Source of the DNA: Nitrospiraceae bacterium
GTDB lineage: Bacteria; Nitrospirota; Nitrospiria; Nitrospirales; UBA2166
DNA: 38,902 nt
Assembly: GCA_002726235.1 (NCBI GenBank)
Contig: PBSN01000017.1
Span: 1-38,902, forward strand
Direction of reading: 5' to 3'
Below, one piece after another: positions 20,090 through 29,190 of the stretch. Made by a program: the position numbers and the translations under genes. Position 1 is the first letter of the stretch, and each line of letters starts with the position of its first letter. Below the pieces are notes generated by a model. It searched no databases. It saw nothing but the letters and a program-made list of their open reading frames with translations, and had not been told where the DNA came from.

Positions 20090-21097
20090 ATGAACTATTT
20101 AGATGATCTTGCGCAAATCGGCAATAGTGAACATTTGTATATATACGGCGCTGGTTCATTCGCGCAAATTTTCTTTGATCAAACAAAAAGACATAGAAGC
20201 GATTTAACGGTCATTAATTTTATTGACAAAAACAAAAGAGGTTATTTTAACGGGGTAAAAATTATCCACCCAAGCGACGTGGGCGATGGAACAAAGAAAA
20301 TTATAGTTTGCGTTGGTGTCAGCTTCTGGAGCAGCATCTATTCTGACTTGAAAGATGCCAATCTTCTTTTCAATAACTATCATGATTTCAATGTATATGA
20401 AAGAGGCTGTAAGCTAAACATAGAAAGCTTTGGGTTTGCCGATGAGTTTATCCGTCTTTTTCAAAATTCAAACGATGCCAAATTGAAAATCTACATTGAT
20501 TGTATTAAAAAAAAGAACATAAAATGCATTTCCGTAAAAGGCATTACTGATGATCGATGTAAATTTTATGAGAGAGTGATGGTTGAGCATGGCGATGTGA
20601 TTCTTAATGGAGGAGGCGCATTTGGAAGTGAGAACGCGAAATATCTTTCCTTGACTGGCAGTGCAGGTAAAATTTATTCATTTGATCCTAATCATAGAGG
20701 AAAAACGTTTAGTGAACAGATGGTAATTCACCCGTTCATCTTGTCTGGGAAAACTGGGAAAGTGAATTTTATTTATGATGGTTCTCGAAGTAGAATTGTT
20801 GCTCATGGATCAAGTTTAGAAGACTCAATTGCAATCGATGACCTTGTTTCGGAATGTAGCGTTGAAAGAGTAGATTTCATAAAGCTAGATGTAGAAGGAG
20901 CTGAATTGGATGTTCTTTTAGGTGCTCAAAAAACAATACGTAAATTTCGTCCAAAGCTTGCAATTTCTGTGTACCACTCTGTTGCAGATTTTTATGAAAT
21001 ACCATTTTTCATCGCTGATTTAGTGGACGAATACAAATTTGACTTAGGTATCTACGATACGCAGGGCATAGACACGTACTTGCATGCCCATATATAA
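20090..21097 (+). CDS. FkbM-family SAM methyltransferase with N-terminal Rossmann-like extension (ORF track start 20054)
   Basis: IDDL..VDFIKLDVEGAELDVLLGA..PKLAISVYH; N-terminal YIYGAG..FIDKN. Confidence 0.85.
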   Translation: MNYLDDLAQIGNSEHLYIYGAGSFAQIFFDQTKRHRSDLTVINFIDKNKRGYFNGVKIIHPSDVGDGTKKIIVCVGVSFWSSIYSDLKDANLLFNNYHDFNVYERGCKLNIESFGFADEFIRLFQNSNDAKLKIYIDCIKKKNIKCISVKGITDDRCKFYERVMVEHGDVILNGGGAFGSENAKYLSLTGSAGKIYSFDPNHRGKTFSEQMVIHPFILSGKTGKVNFIYDGSRSRIVAHGSSLEDSIAIDDLVSECSVERVDFIKLDVEGAELDVLLGAQKTIRKFRPKLAISVYHSVADFYEIPFFIADLVDEYKFDLGIYDTQGIDTYLHAHI

Positions 21098-21290
21098 ATT
21101 TAAGGGCGGTTTGTACCTAATGTGGGGCAGCACCATAGGTTGCTGAGACAATTTCATTGGTCATATCTCTTCTTAGGGTTAGAGCCAGTGCATCGGAAGC
21201 GCTTCCATTTCTTCATCATATGTGTCTTGTAAGATTGTGTTGATGATTTGTCTTTGACATCCTCAAAAACTCTTCGGTATTCTTATTCGC

Positions 21291-21953
21291 ATGTCACCTG
21301 ACTCTTCATCGTCTCGGAAATCCCTGTTTCCCATTCCAGACATCGTTCCCATTTTTCCGTTACCAAATGTTGTTTTGTTTCCATACACCTACATGCCACT
21401 GCATGTTTTCGAATCTCGCTACCGAGAAATGGTGTACGATGCGGCATCACGAGGTCAGTGTGTAGGCATGGCATTGTTGAAGGAAGGGTGGGAAGATCAT
21501 TACGATGATTCGCCTCAGATTTTTGAGCAAGGTACGATTGGTCGCATGGTCAGTGTGAAAAAACTATCTGATGGCCGATACAACATTGTGTTGCAAGGGT
21601 TTAACCGGTGCCTTTACGAGGAACAAGAGGTTTCTACCAGCTATAGACAGGCCAAAATATCTCTTCTTCCTGAAGATGGCTCCAAAACGTTAGATTCTGC
21701 GTTGCTCAGTCACTTGGCACACACGGCAAAAGAATATCTCCTCTCACAGAGAACTGGCGATCAGTATCAGCTAATCGAAGCTGGTAAAATAAGTGATCCG
21801 GTATTGGTTAACAGTTTGTCCGCAGGTCTAGACTTCAGTCCCGATGAGAAACAGTTTCTCCTCGAGTCTAAGACGTTGGCACAACAGGCTGGTCGTCTCG
21901 TAGATTTGCTCCGCTTTAAATTACCGGTGCCGCATTCGCCAACCCAAGGCTAA
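21291..21953 (+). CDS. Stand-alone LON peptidase N-terminal (substrate-binding) domain protein
   Basis: PIFPLPNVVLFP..PLHVFESRYREMV, DGRYNIVLQG, EKQFLLE; no AAA+ or protease domain. Confidence 0.9.
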   Translation: MSPDSSSSRKSLFPIPDIVPIFPLPNVVLFPYTYMPLHVFESRYREMVYDAASRGQCVGMALLKEGWEDHYDDSPQIFEQGTIGRMVSVKKLSDGRYNIVLQGFNRCLYEEQEVSTSYRQAKISLLPEDGSKTLDSALLSHLAHTAKEYLLSQRTGDQYQLIEAGKISDPVLVNSLSAGLDFSPDEKQFLLESKTLAQQAGRLVDLLRFKLPVPHSPTQG

Positions 21954-22759
21954 ATCAAATTTTGTTTTTGCAATTCTTGCTGCCGACGTGCTTCATAAAA
22001 CAGAATCCCAGCTGATACGGCTGTGTTGAGCGCTGAGACCTCGCCGTGTTGTGGAATGCGAACTAGGTGGTCACTATGATTGCACAATGAATTCCGCATT
22101 CCACATCCTTCATTGCCGATAATTAGCGCCGTGGGATTTTTAAGATCACACTCGAATATAGGAATTCCGGAAGAAGCACTTGTTCCCAGCACTTGGATTC
22201 CGCGTCTCTTCGCCACATTGATGATTTCTTCAAGATCTTCAGTGCGCGCGATTGGAATGTGGTTTACGGCTCCGGCGGAACTTCGCGCGACAAGACTAGT
22301 CACACCAACCTGATGCGTTGAGCCGATGAAAACGCCATCAACTCCAAACGCTTCAGCAGAACGAATCAAGGCTCCAAAGTTGTAGGGATCCTGGATAGCA
22401 TCACAGATGACAAGCAGGGGGCATTTTTTGCTCTCGATGATCTGAGTCAAGAGGGGTAGAGATTCTGCGTACGGAAAGGCTGTCATTTTCGCCAGATAAC
22501 CTTGATGTTCTGAGGAATGGCAACGTTTGTGAAGTGATGCGCCAGGCTCTAGATGTACCGCAATGTCGTTTTGTTTCGCTAATACATGAACCACTTCCAT
22601 TTCATCCGGCTCAAGCTGATCAGAACAGTACAATTCAAGGATTGGCCAATTCCAAACACGAAGAGTTTCGAGAACCACATTTCGACCCCACACCCAGCAC
22701 TTTTGATGGTTGCCAAGAAGTGGTGTTTTCTGTTTGCCGCGACGATATCGTTCAACCAT
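21950..22759 (-). CDS. rlmB: 23S rRNA (Gm2251) 2'-O-methyltransferase, SpoU/TrmH family
   Basis: WGRNVVLE, HQG, IQDPYNFGALIRSA, SSAGA, IGNEGCG, IPQHGEVSALNTAVSAGI. Confidence 0.88.
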   Translation of the reverse strand: MVERYRRGKQKTPLLGNHQKCWVWGRNVVLETLRVWNWPILELYCSDQLEPDEMEVVHVLAKQNDIAVHLEPGASLHKRCHSSEHQGYLAKMTAFPYAESLPLLTQIIESKKCPLLVICDAIQDPYNFGALIRSAEAFGVDGVFIGSTHQVGVTSLVARSSAGAVNHIPIARTEDLEEIINVAKRRGIQVLGTSASSGIPIFECDLKNPTALIIGNEGCGMRNSLCNHSDHLVRIPQHGEVSALNTAVSAGILFYEARRQQELQKQNLI

Positions 22760-22967
22760 AATTGGATGAAGAATTTTTCAATTGGGCACTTGCTAGCATT
22801 TTGGAAAAAAATAAAGTGTTTTCCATCAGTTTCTCGCTTCAATTCGTTAACAAAGTCAAACAATAACATAGATTCTCGCAAGTGATGAGAGACATCGGTA
22901 AAATGGGTGGACGTAATCAATGTGACCGCCAAACAGTAGAATTTATTTTCACTAGAAAGGTGTCCCA

Positions 22968-23894
22968 ATGGTGTCTAATCAGAGCTTAGAATCAAGTTCG
23001 CCGCAACATGCTCCTTCGATCGGTATTCCAGCACTTGTGGTCTCTGGTTTTTTAGGCGCTGGAAAAACGACATTGATCCGCAACCTGTTGCAGGACGCTC
23101 AAGCTTGTGGCTACCGCATGGCCGTAGTGTCAAATGAATTTGGTGCGCTAGGAATAGATAAAGCGCTTTTTGGTCAATGGGAAGATGCTCACTATGTTGA
23201 ACTGGAGGGTGGATGTGTCTGTTGCCAGTTGTCTGATGAGTTGCTCACCACTCTTCATGATCTGTGGAAACTCCACAAACCAGATCGCATAATCGTCGAA
23301 ACATCTGGTGTTGCTCTCCCCTTTGAAACTCTTGTGACCTTTTGGCGGGAGCCCATAACTCAATGGGCGGGAGAAGCGTTAGCCGTTGTGGTCGTTAATG
23401 CCGAGCAGCTTGCAGAAGGCCGAGATATCAAAGGCACCGCAGAACAACAAATTTCGTCGGCCGACCTGTTGGTAGTAAACAAGATAGATTTGGTAACAAA
23501 GAAAACTATCCAGCGTCTTGAATTGATGCTTGAGGATATGGCACCAGGAACTCCGATCCTTCGTAGTGTGAATGGTCAGGTTGATCCCGCAATTTTGTTT
23601 CCACCACAACATGCTGGTGTCGGGAGGTCGACTGGCAGGAAAGAGTCAGATGCTTCTCCCTCCCTCCACGAATTATTTGAGGCAGAAGAGATTGTGATCG
23701 AAAACGGTATTGCACGAGATACACTCATGAGACAGTTGCAACAACTCACCTCGCTTCGTGTCAAAGGAGTTGTCCGTACATCTGAAGGGCTTCGATTGGT
23801 TCAAGGCGTTGGCTCACGCATTCAACTGGTTTCTCCGCCTAGTGACCTGCCAGAGAACCTGATTGGCCGAATCGTTGTTATTCGGCGCATCTAG
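22968..23894 (+). CDS. CobW/COG0523-family metal-chaperone GTPase
   Basis: GFLGAGKTT, NEFG, GGCVCC (CxCC), ETSG, NKID, RVKG. Confidence 0.92.
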   Translation: MVSNQSLESSSPQHAPSIGIPALVVSGFLGAGKTTLIRNLLQDAQACGYRMAVVSNEFGALGIDKALFGQWEDAHYVELEGGCVCCQLSDELLTTLHDLWKLHKPDRIIVETSGVALPFETLVTFWREPITQWAGEALAVVVVNAEQLAEGRDIKGTAEQQISSADLLVVNKIDLVTKKTIQRLELMLEDMAPGTPILRSVNGQVDPAILFPPQHAGVGRSTGRKESDASPSLHELFEAEEIVIENGIARDTLMRQLQQLTSLRVKGVVRTSEGLRLVQGVGSRIQLVSPPSDLPENLIGRIVVIRRI

Positions 23895-24314
23895 TGCCTT
23901 ATAAGGATCCAGTCTTGCAATCTCTTGCAATCCTCTGTGCATGGCAGTAGTGGTTTGCATGACTCGGTGGCCTGTTCTTCTTACTTAGCGCAGTGTAATT
24001 CAGATAACTGATGGTTGGTTTCGGCATATGATTTCATGGAGAAAATCAAGGTTTCATCGATGCCATTCCAACTCAAAGATAGGACATCGAGAGACGATGA
24101 CTTTGGAGAGCCACGCTAGTCACGACTTGTCTCGAAGTGTCTGAGTGGTATATTGTTCACATGATTTACATGCGCAACGTGGATAATTGCCAGCAACTTA
24201 GCAATGTAAGTGAGTATTCCATAATTTTCGTTGAGAGGCGAGAAGTGAAATTAGATGAGCAGAGTTTTTTTCTGCACTCTGTTTTTAAGTGATGTGTAAT
24301 AGGCTGGGAAAATC

Positions 24315-26441
24315 ATGAGGGTGCTTTTCGCTATTGCGCTTCTCTTGATGTTCGCAGTTTCAACCGAAGCTGCGGGGAGTGTGAACTTGTTTCCGCGGTC
24401 GGCAGAACTTGAGCCGGCGGTGACGTTTTGGACGCGAGTGTATACAGAAATTGACACTGGACATGGATTTATTCATGACTCCAAACATCTTGATGTTGTG
24501 TATGCAGTCATCAGTCTTCCTGCTACTCAAAGTCCGCGTGTGCGTGATAAAGCAATCAGAGTAGCCAAAGACAGGTATGCTCAAATTCTCCGTTTGCTGG
24601 CACGTGGAAAACGCTCAAATTTGAGTGTGGAAGCGGAGCGGGTGTTGTCGCTCTGGCCAGATAATGTAAGCAAGAAGACATTACGAAATGCCGCTCGCCA
24701 GCTACGGTTTCAACAGGGCCAAGCTGACAAGTTTCGAGAGGGATGGGTTCGTTCTGGAGTATGGATGCCACATATTCTTCAGGCGCTTTCATCCCAAGAC
24801 TTGCCAGCAGAGCTTGCCGTGCTTCCTCACGTGGAGTCATCCTTTAATCCGAACGCATCTTCGCACGCTGGTGCTGTAGGTCTGTGGCAGTTTACTCGTT
24901 CGACCGGACAGAGGTTTATGCGCATCGATAATGTTGTTGACGAGCGTCGCGATCCATACATGTCGACAATCGCGGCGGTGCAGTTGCTCGAACGAAACTA
25001 TGCCACGCTAGGACACTGGCCATTGGCTCTAACCGCATACAATCATGGAGTGGCAGGTATGCGACGAGCCATTCGCCGCCTGAAAACACATGACATTGCA
25101 ACAATCATTGAACGTTATAAGGGTCGTACGTTCGGTTTTGCTTCTCGAAACTTCTATCCTGCCTTCCTTGCCGCCTTAGCCGTGGATCGAAATGCGTCCA
25201 CGTATTTTGGGCAACTTGAGAGGAGCTTGCCTGTCAGAACCATGACTGCAACGGTCCCCGAATATTTTCACGTGAAAACATTAGAAGTTGCACTAGGCGT
25301 AGGACGTTCTACGCTACGCGAATACAATCCCGCACTTAGAGACTCGGTCTGGACAGGACGAAAATACGTTCCTCAAAACTTTCAGTTGCGGTTGCCTATC
25401 ATTCACGTGGATTCGGATGTGCGTAGCACGTTCACTAATATTCCTTCTAATCAGCGCTTTGCGAAACAGAAACGCGATCGGCATCATCGCGTTCGCCGGG
25501 GGGATACGCTGTCAGGAATTGCTGCACAATACAACACTCGTGTTGCAGCATTGGTGAGCCTGAATGGGATCAATGGAAAACATCTCATCTATGCCGGCCA
25601 AAGGCTTGTTTTGCCTACGACGGAAAAGGCGCATGTGCACACCAAGTCCGTGACACGAGAATCCATCCCTAATGACGGAGAATACGTGGTTAGACGGGGT
25701 GATTCAATCTATCGAATTACACAACGATTTGGTGTTGATGAGCCAACACTGCTTGCGTTGAATCCACTACGAAACCGACATAAACTTGAGATTGGGCAAG
25801 TGTTGCGGTTGAAGGCAGCAAATCTGGACGAGGCAGGTAATTTAGTTCTTGCGGAGGCTAAGCCCACACAGGTTCAGGATGATTCTGGACCACCTGGTAA
25901 GACAACTACCATGCTGCGCGAGACGCATTCTCAGAAGCTGGAGAATAGCGAGGAACTTGATGAGAACGTCCTAGCCACGGCTCAGGTCACGCTTTCTGCT
26001 GATCCTAGTGACTACACAGTTGCTTCAGATCAGACCATTGAAGTGCATGCACTGGAAACCCTTGGATACTATGCTGAGTGGTTGGGCATTCGCACCCAAA
26101 CACTCCGCATCATCAATAACATGGATTTTGGGGAACACGTCGTCAGTGGCACTCGCTTGAAGGTGGACTTTTCTCATGTGTCTGAAGGAATTTTTGAATC
26201 GCGACGTCTTTCCTATCACCAGGATTTGCAGGAAAAATTCTTCCATCAATTCCGCATTCGCGATACGCATCCCCACATAGTACGGCGAGGCGAATCGATC
26301 TGGCTTCTTGCCCAGCGAAAATATCATGTTCCAGTCTGGCTTCTTCGCCAATACAATCCCGATCTTGATTTTCACCGTGTGAGTTCAGGTGCACAGGTTA
26401 ACATTCCAGTCCTGGAGCAAGTTACCGAGACGCCGGGATAA
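24315..26441 (+). CDS. MltD-like lytic transglycosylase with 3-4 LysM domains
   Basis: Signal peptide; VESSFN, GLWQFT, AYNHG; LysM-like VRRGDTL, VRRGDSI, VRRGESI plus one degenerate copy. Confidence 0.9.
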   Translation: MRVLFAIALLLMFAVSTEAAGSVNLFPRSAELEPAVTFWTRVYTEIDTGHGFIHDSKHLDVVYAVISLPATQSPRVRDKAIRVAKDRYAQILRLLARGKRSNLSVEAERVLSLWPDNVSKKTLRNAARQLRFQQGQADKFREGWVRSGVWMPHILQALSSQDLPAELAVLPHVESSFNPNASSHAGAVGLWQFTRSTGQRFMRIDNVVDERRDPYMSTIAAVQLLERNYATLGHWPLALTAYNHGVAGMRRAIRRLKTHDIATIIERYKGRTFGFASRNFYPAFLAALAVDRNASTYFGQLERSLPVRTMTATVPEYFHVKTLEVALGVGRSTLREYNPALRDSVWTGRKYVPQNFQLRLPIIHVDSDVRSTFTNIPSNQRFAKQKRDRHHRVRRGDTLSGIAAQYNTRVAALVSLNGINGKHLIYAGQRLVLPTTEKAHVHTKSVTRESIPNDGEYVVRRGDSIYRITQRFGVDEPTLLALNPLRNRHKLEIGQVLRLKAANLDEAGNLVLAEAKPTQVQDDSGPPGKTTTMLRETHSQKLENSEELDENVLATAQVTLSADPSDYTVASDQTIEVHALETLGYYAEWLGIRTQTLRIINNMDFGEHVVSGTRLKVDFSHVSEGIFESRRLSYHQDLQEKFFHQFRIRDTHPHIVRRGESIWLLAQRKYHVPVWLLRQYNPDLDFHRVSSGAQVNIPVLEQVTETPG

Positions 26442-26482
26442 GTGGACGGGATTAAGGATCAGAACAGGTTTATCGCACGGTA

Positions 26483-27316
26483 CTAAAATTTTTGCCTTTT
26501 TTTCGGTTTTTTCTCTCCAGCGGATACCTCAATTGCAGCAGGCTGGTTTTTGTATGCTAGCACTATAAACAGCGCCCCGAGTGCAATCATGGGTGATGAA
26601 AGTAGATGCCCCATGGTGACCCATCCGAATGCAACAAAGCCAATGTGGGCGTCAGGTTCGCGAACAAACTCAACTGCAAATCGGAACACTCCGTAACACG
26701 CGAGAAATAGGCCTGAGACCGCCATCCTAGGACGTGGTCGGGCAGAGTAGATCCATACAATGACAAACAGGACGACTCCCTCTAGCATTGCTTGGTATAA
26801 CATCGATGGATGGCGCAACTCACCGTCGACGTGCGGGAAAATCATTCCCCAAGCCTCATTCGTGGGGCGCCCCCACAATTCTCCGTTGATGAAATTGCCG
26901 ATGCGGCCAGCACCTAAGCCAATTGGAACGAGTGGGACCATGAAGTCTGTGACTTCAAAAAATGCTCGTTGGTTTTTCCGACCGTACAGCCACATGGCAA
27001 AAGCCACTCCCAGAATTCCACCATGAAATGACATCCCTCCTTGCCACACGCGGAATAGTATGAGCGGATCATGAAGAAGTTCGCTGAAATTGTAGAAAAG
27101 AACGTAGCCAACTCGTCCACCAAGCATGACTCCAAGGGCCCCATAAAAAAACATGTCCACAAGGTCATCGGGGTTCCAGGAAGAGTCTGGTTTTGTGGCT
27201 CGAGTGCGGCCGAGCCAGTATCCAGCAAGAAGGCCAACAATATACATCAATCCATACCAATGAATAGCAAAATTTCCAAAACGAATGGCTGCTGGATCGA
27301 TGTCGGGATAAATCAT
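26483..27316 (-). CDS. lgt: Prolipoprotein diacylglyceryl transferase
   Basis: HWYGLMY, GGRVGY, GGMSFHGG, GRIGNFINGELWGR, RHPSMLY, RFAVEFVREPD. Confidence 0.97.
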   Translation of the reverse strand: MIYPDIDPAAIRFGNFAIHWYGLMYIVGLLAGYWLGRTRATKPDSSWNPDDLVDMFFYGALGVMLGGRVGYVLFYNFSELLHDPLILFRVWQGGMSFHGGILGVAFAMWLYGRKNQRAFFEVTDFMVPLVPIGLGAGRIGNFINGELWGRPTNEAWGMIFPHVDGELRHPSMLYQAMLEGVVLFVIVWIYSARPRPRMAVSGLFLACYGVFRFAVEFVREPDAHIGFVAFGWVTMGHLLSSPMIALGALFIVLAYKNQPAAIEVSAGEKKPKKRQKF

Positions 27317-29101
27317 TTAAACTGCTAGTCCCACTGCACGCATCAACGCTAATGCATTACTCGTTTTGACTACACCAGGACGCATGCGGTAATCGAACTG
27401 AATTTTCCCGTTGTCGACGTGGTATTCAAAATGCATATTCATTACCTGTGGGGACAACGCATTTCCAATGTCCGTCAGTGCCAAATCGTGAGTCGTGACC
27501 AATCCGATTGCCTTACGCTCTAGAAACCGACGGATAATCGCCCTAGTTCCGATCATCCGATCGTGAGAATTCGTGCCGTGAAGAATCTCGTCGAAGAGAA
27601 ACAATACAGGGAGTGGACCGTTTGTCAATGACATCACCTGGCTTACCCTTGTAATTTCTGCATAGAAGCGAGATTGTCCCGCTTGTAATGAATCTTGAAT
27701 GCGAAGGGTGGCACCAATTGACATTCTTGAACATTTCAAACGGTGCGCTCGTACAGGCGCTCCTGCCATCGCCAATACCGCATTGATCCCTACTGTTCTC
27801 AACATCGTGCTTTTTCCAGACATATTCGAACCGCTGATCAATATCATCTTGGCTGGATGGCCGAGGTTAATGTCATTTCGAACGCTGGTTGCGACTGGGA
27901 GAAGTGGATGGCCCAATCCAGCACTCTCAAACAAGAGATTACTCTCTACGACTTCGGGGAACGGATCATCAGGATGTTCATATGCATATCCAGAAAGCGA
28001 GATGAGTGCCTCAAATTCTCCAACCACCATCAGCCATCTCCGCAATGATCCACCTGATATTTCTCGCCAAGCTTCCATGGCTAATGCAATGTGTGTCGCC
28101 CAGAGTACAATCCACGCAATCATGGCGAAGAACTGATTGCGTGTAGAATCGTAAAGGGTAAGCAATCGTATTAACTTTCCAAGTTGCTGTGATGGCTTGG
28201 TTGTTCCGATTTGTAGTTGTTGCTGCAATAGCGTCATTTGGGGGCTGGTAAACGATACAGTTTCGATATATTCTAGAAATTCAGCAAGCAGGGAAAGGTC
28301 TTGTCCGTGTCGGCGGATGTACGACAGAATCTCGTGGACACGCTCCTGAAGGACTTTGGCATACACCCCGTTGATGATTGCTACAAGTAGCACCGGCCCC
28401 AATCCGTACAATCCCAATGCCAATCCAGCAAGACTGATCAACATGATGATCGTCAAAGCGGATATGATCATTCTGTGCCATTTTACATTACTACGGCGTG
28501 GCCCCTCGCTCCATGTCAGTAGCTCCTCAGCGTGAAGCTCTGTACGATGGTTTGGGCCGAGAAGCACTAGCGCTTCCCGAAGATCAAGGTGAGGACATAA
28601 TTTTTTGACAGCAGATTGCCGAGCCAAAATTTCCTCGATGCCTGATGGTTTTTTTAACCATTGCGCCAATGTCTGAACGCCCCCAGATGTTCGTGCGGTG
28701 CACAGAAGCTCAAAAAGTGATCCTGGACCGAATATGTCTAGATCTGCGGCGTAGGGATGTCCCACATCTTGAAGTTCGATTCCTGACACTCCAATCCCTG
28801 CCCATCGGCCTTCCAGCCGTGCAAGGCCATGCTCATAGAACACCACACTTCGTTTGGCATGGTGTAATCGTTTGCGGACCTGCCCATGGAGAAAGAGGAA
28901 AACTCCGAACAGAAACATTGGCATACTAATCCACGCCCAAGATAATGATCCCATTGCGAGTCCTGCAACAACGCCCCCAACGATAAATAGTAGCAGACGA
29001 ACATTCGATATCCACCGGTCACGCTTTGCCCAATGCGCGACATCACCTTGGCGCGCAGTTAGGCGTTGCGAGTATATGATATGCGGCTGATGTGCTGACA
29101 T
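27317..29101 (-). CDS. Membrane-anchored MutS-related ATPase (domain V only; not canonical MutS1)
   Basis: Several hydrophobic helices; DLDIFG..SLF, GHPLL, SGSNMSGKST, SRFYAEI, FDEILHGTNS, TTHD; no mismatch-binding domain. Confidence 0.88.
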   Translation of the reverse strand: MSAHQPHIIYSQRLTARQGDVAHWAKRDRWISNVRLLLFIVGGVVAGLAMGSLSWAWISMPMFLFGVFLFLHGQVRKRLHHAKRSVVFYEHGLARLEGRWAGIGVSGIELQDVGHPYAADLDIFGPGSLFELLCTARTSGGVQTLAQWLKKPSGIEEILARQSAVKKLCPHLDLREALVLLGPNHRTELHAEELLTWSEGPRRSNVKWHRMIISALTIIMLISLAGLALGLYGLGPVLLVAIINGVYAKVLQERVHEILSYIRRHGQDLSLLAEFLEYIETVSFTSPQMTLLQQQLQIGTTKPSQQLGKLIRLLTLYDSTRNQFFAMIAWIVLWATHIALAMEAWREISGGSLRRWLMVVGEFEALISLSGYAYEHPDDPFPEVVESNLLFESAGLGHPLLPVATSVRNDINLGHPAKMILISGSNMSGKSTMLRTVGINAVLAMAGAPVRAHRLKCSRMSIGATLRIQDSLQAGQSRFYAEITRVSQVMSLTNGPLPVLFLFDEILHGTNSHDRMIGTRAIIRRFLERKAIGLVTTHDLALTDIGNALSPQVMNMHFEYHVDNGKIQFDYRMRPGVVKTSNALALMRAVGLAV

Positions 29102-29190
29102 AAATCTTTTCCTTTGTTTTAATCACAGAGAGGATTTTGGAAGAAAACTCACGATTACGGAAAAATGCCGGCAATGCCTGACTGTATCCC

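Larger units (their letters stand above)
19140..21110. other. AT-rich two-gene islet (probable horizontal acquisition); boundaries approximate
   Basis: Hand count: 13/60 G+C at 19201-19260 versus 35/60 at 5161-5220; no mobility gene or att site seen. Confidence 0.75.

Noticed and set aside
22579..22968. 129-aa and 99-aa ORFs across the rlmB start
   Set aside because: Overlap rlmB and an AT-rich divergent promoter; no motifs
23913..23932. TCTTGCAATC direct duplication
   Set aside because: Two copies only; no evidence of function
27317..29101. Calling this gene mismatch-repair mutS
   Set aside because: Lacks the N-terminal mismatch-binding, connector and clamp domains and has TM helices
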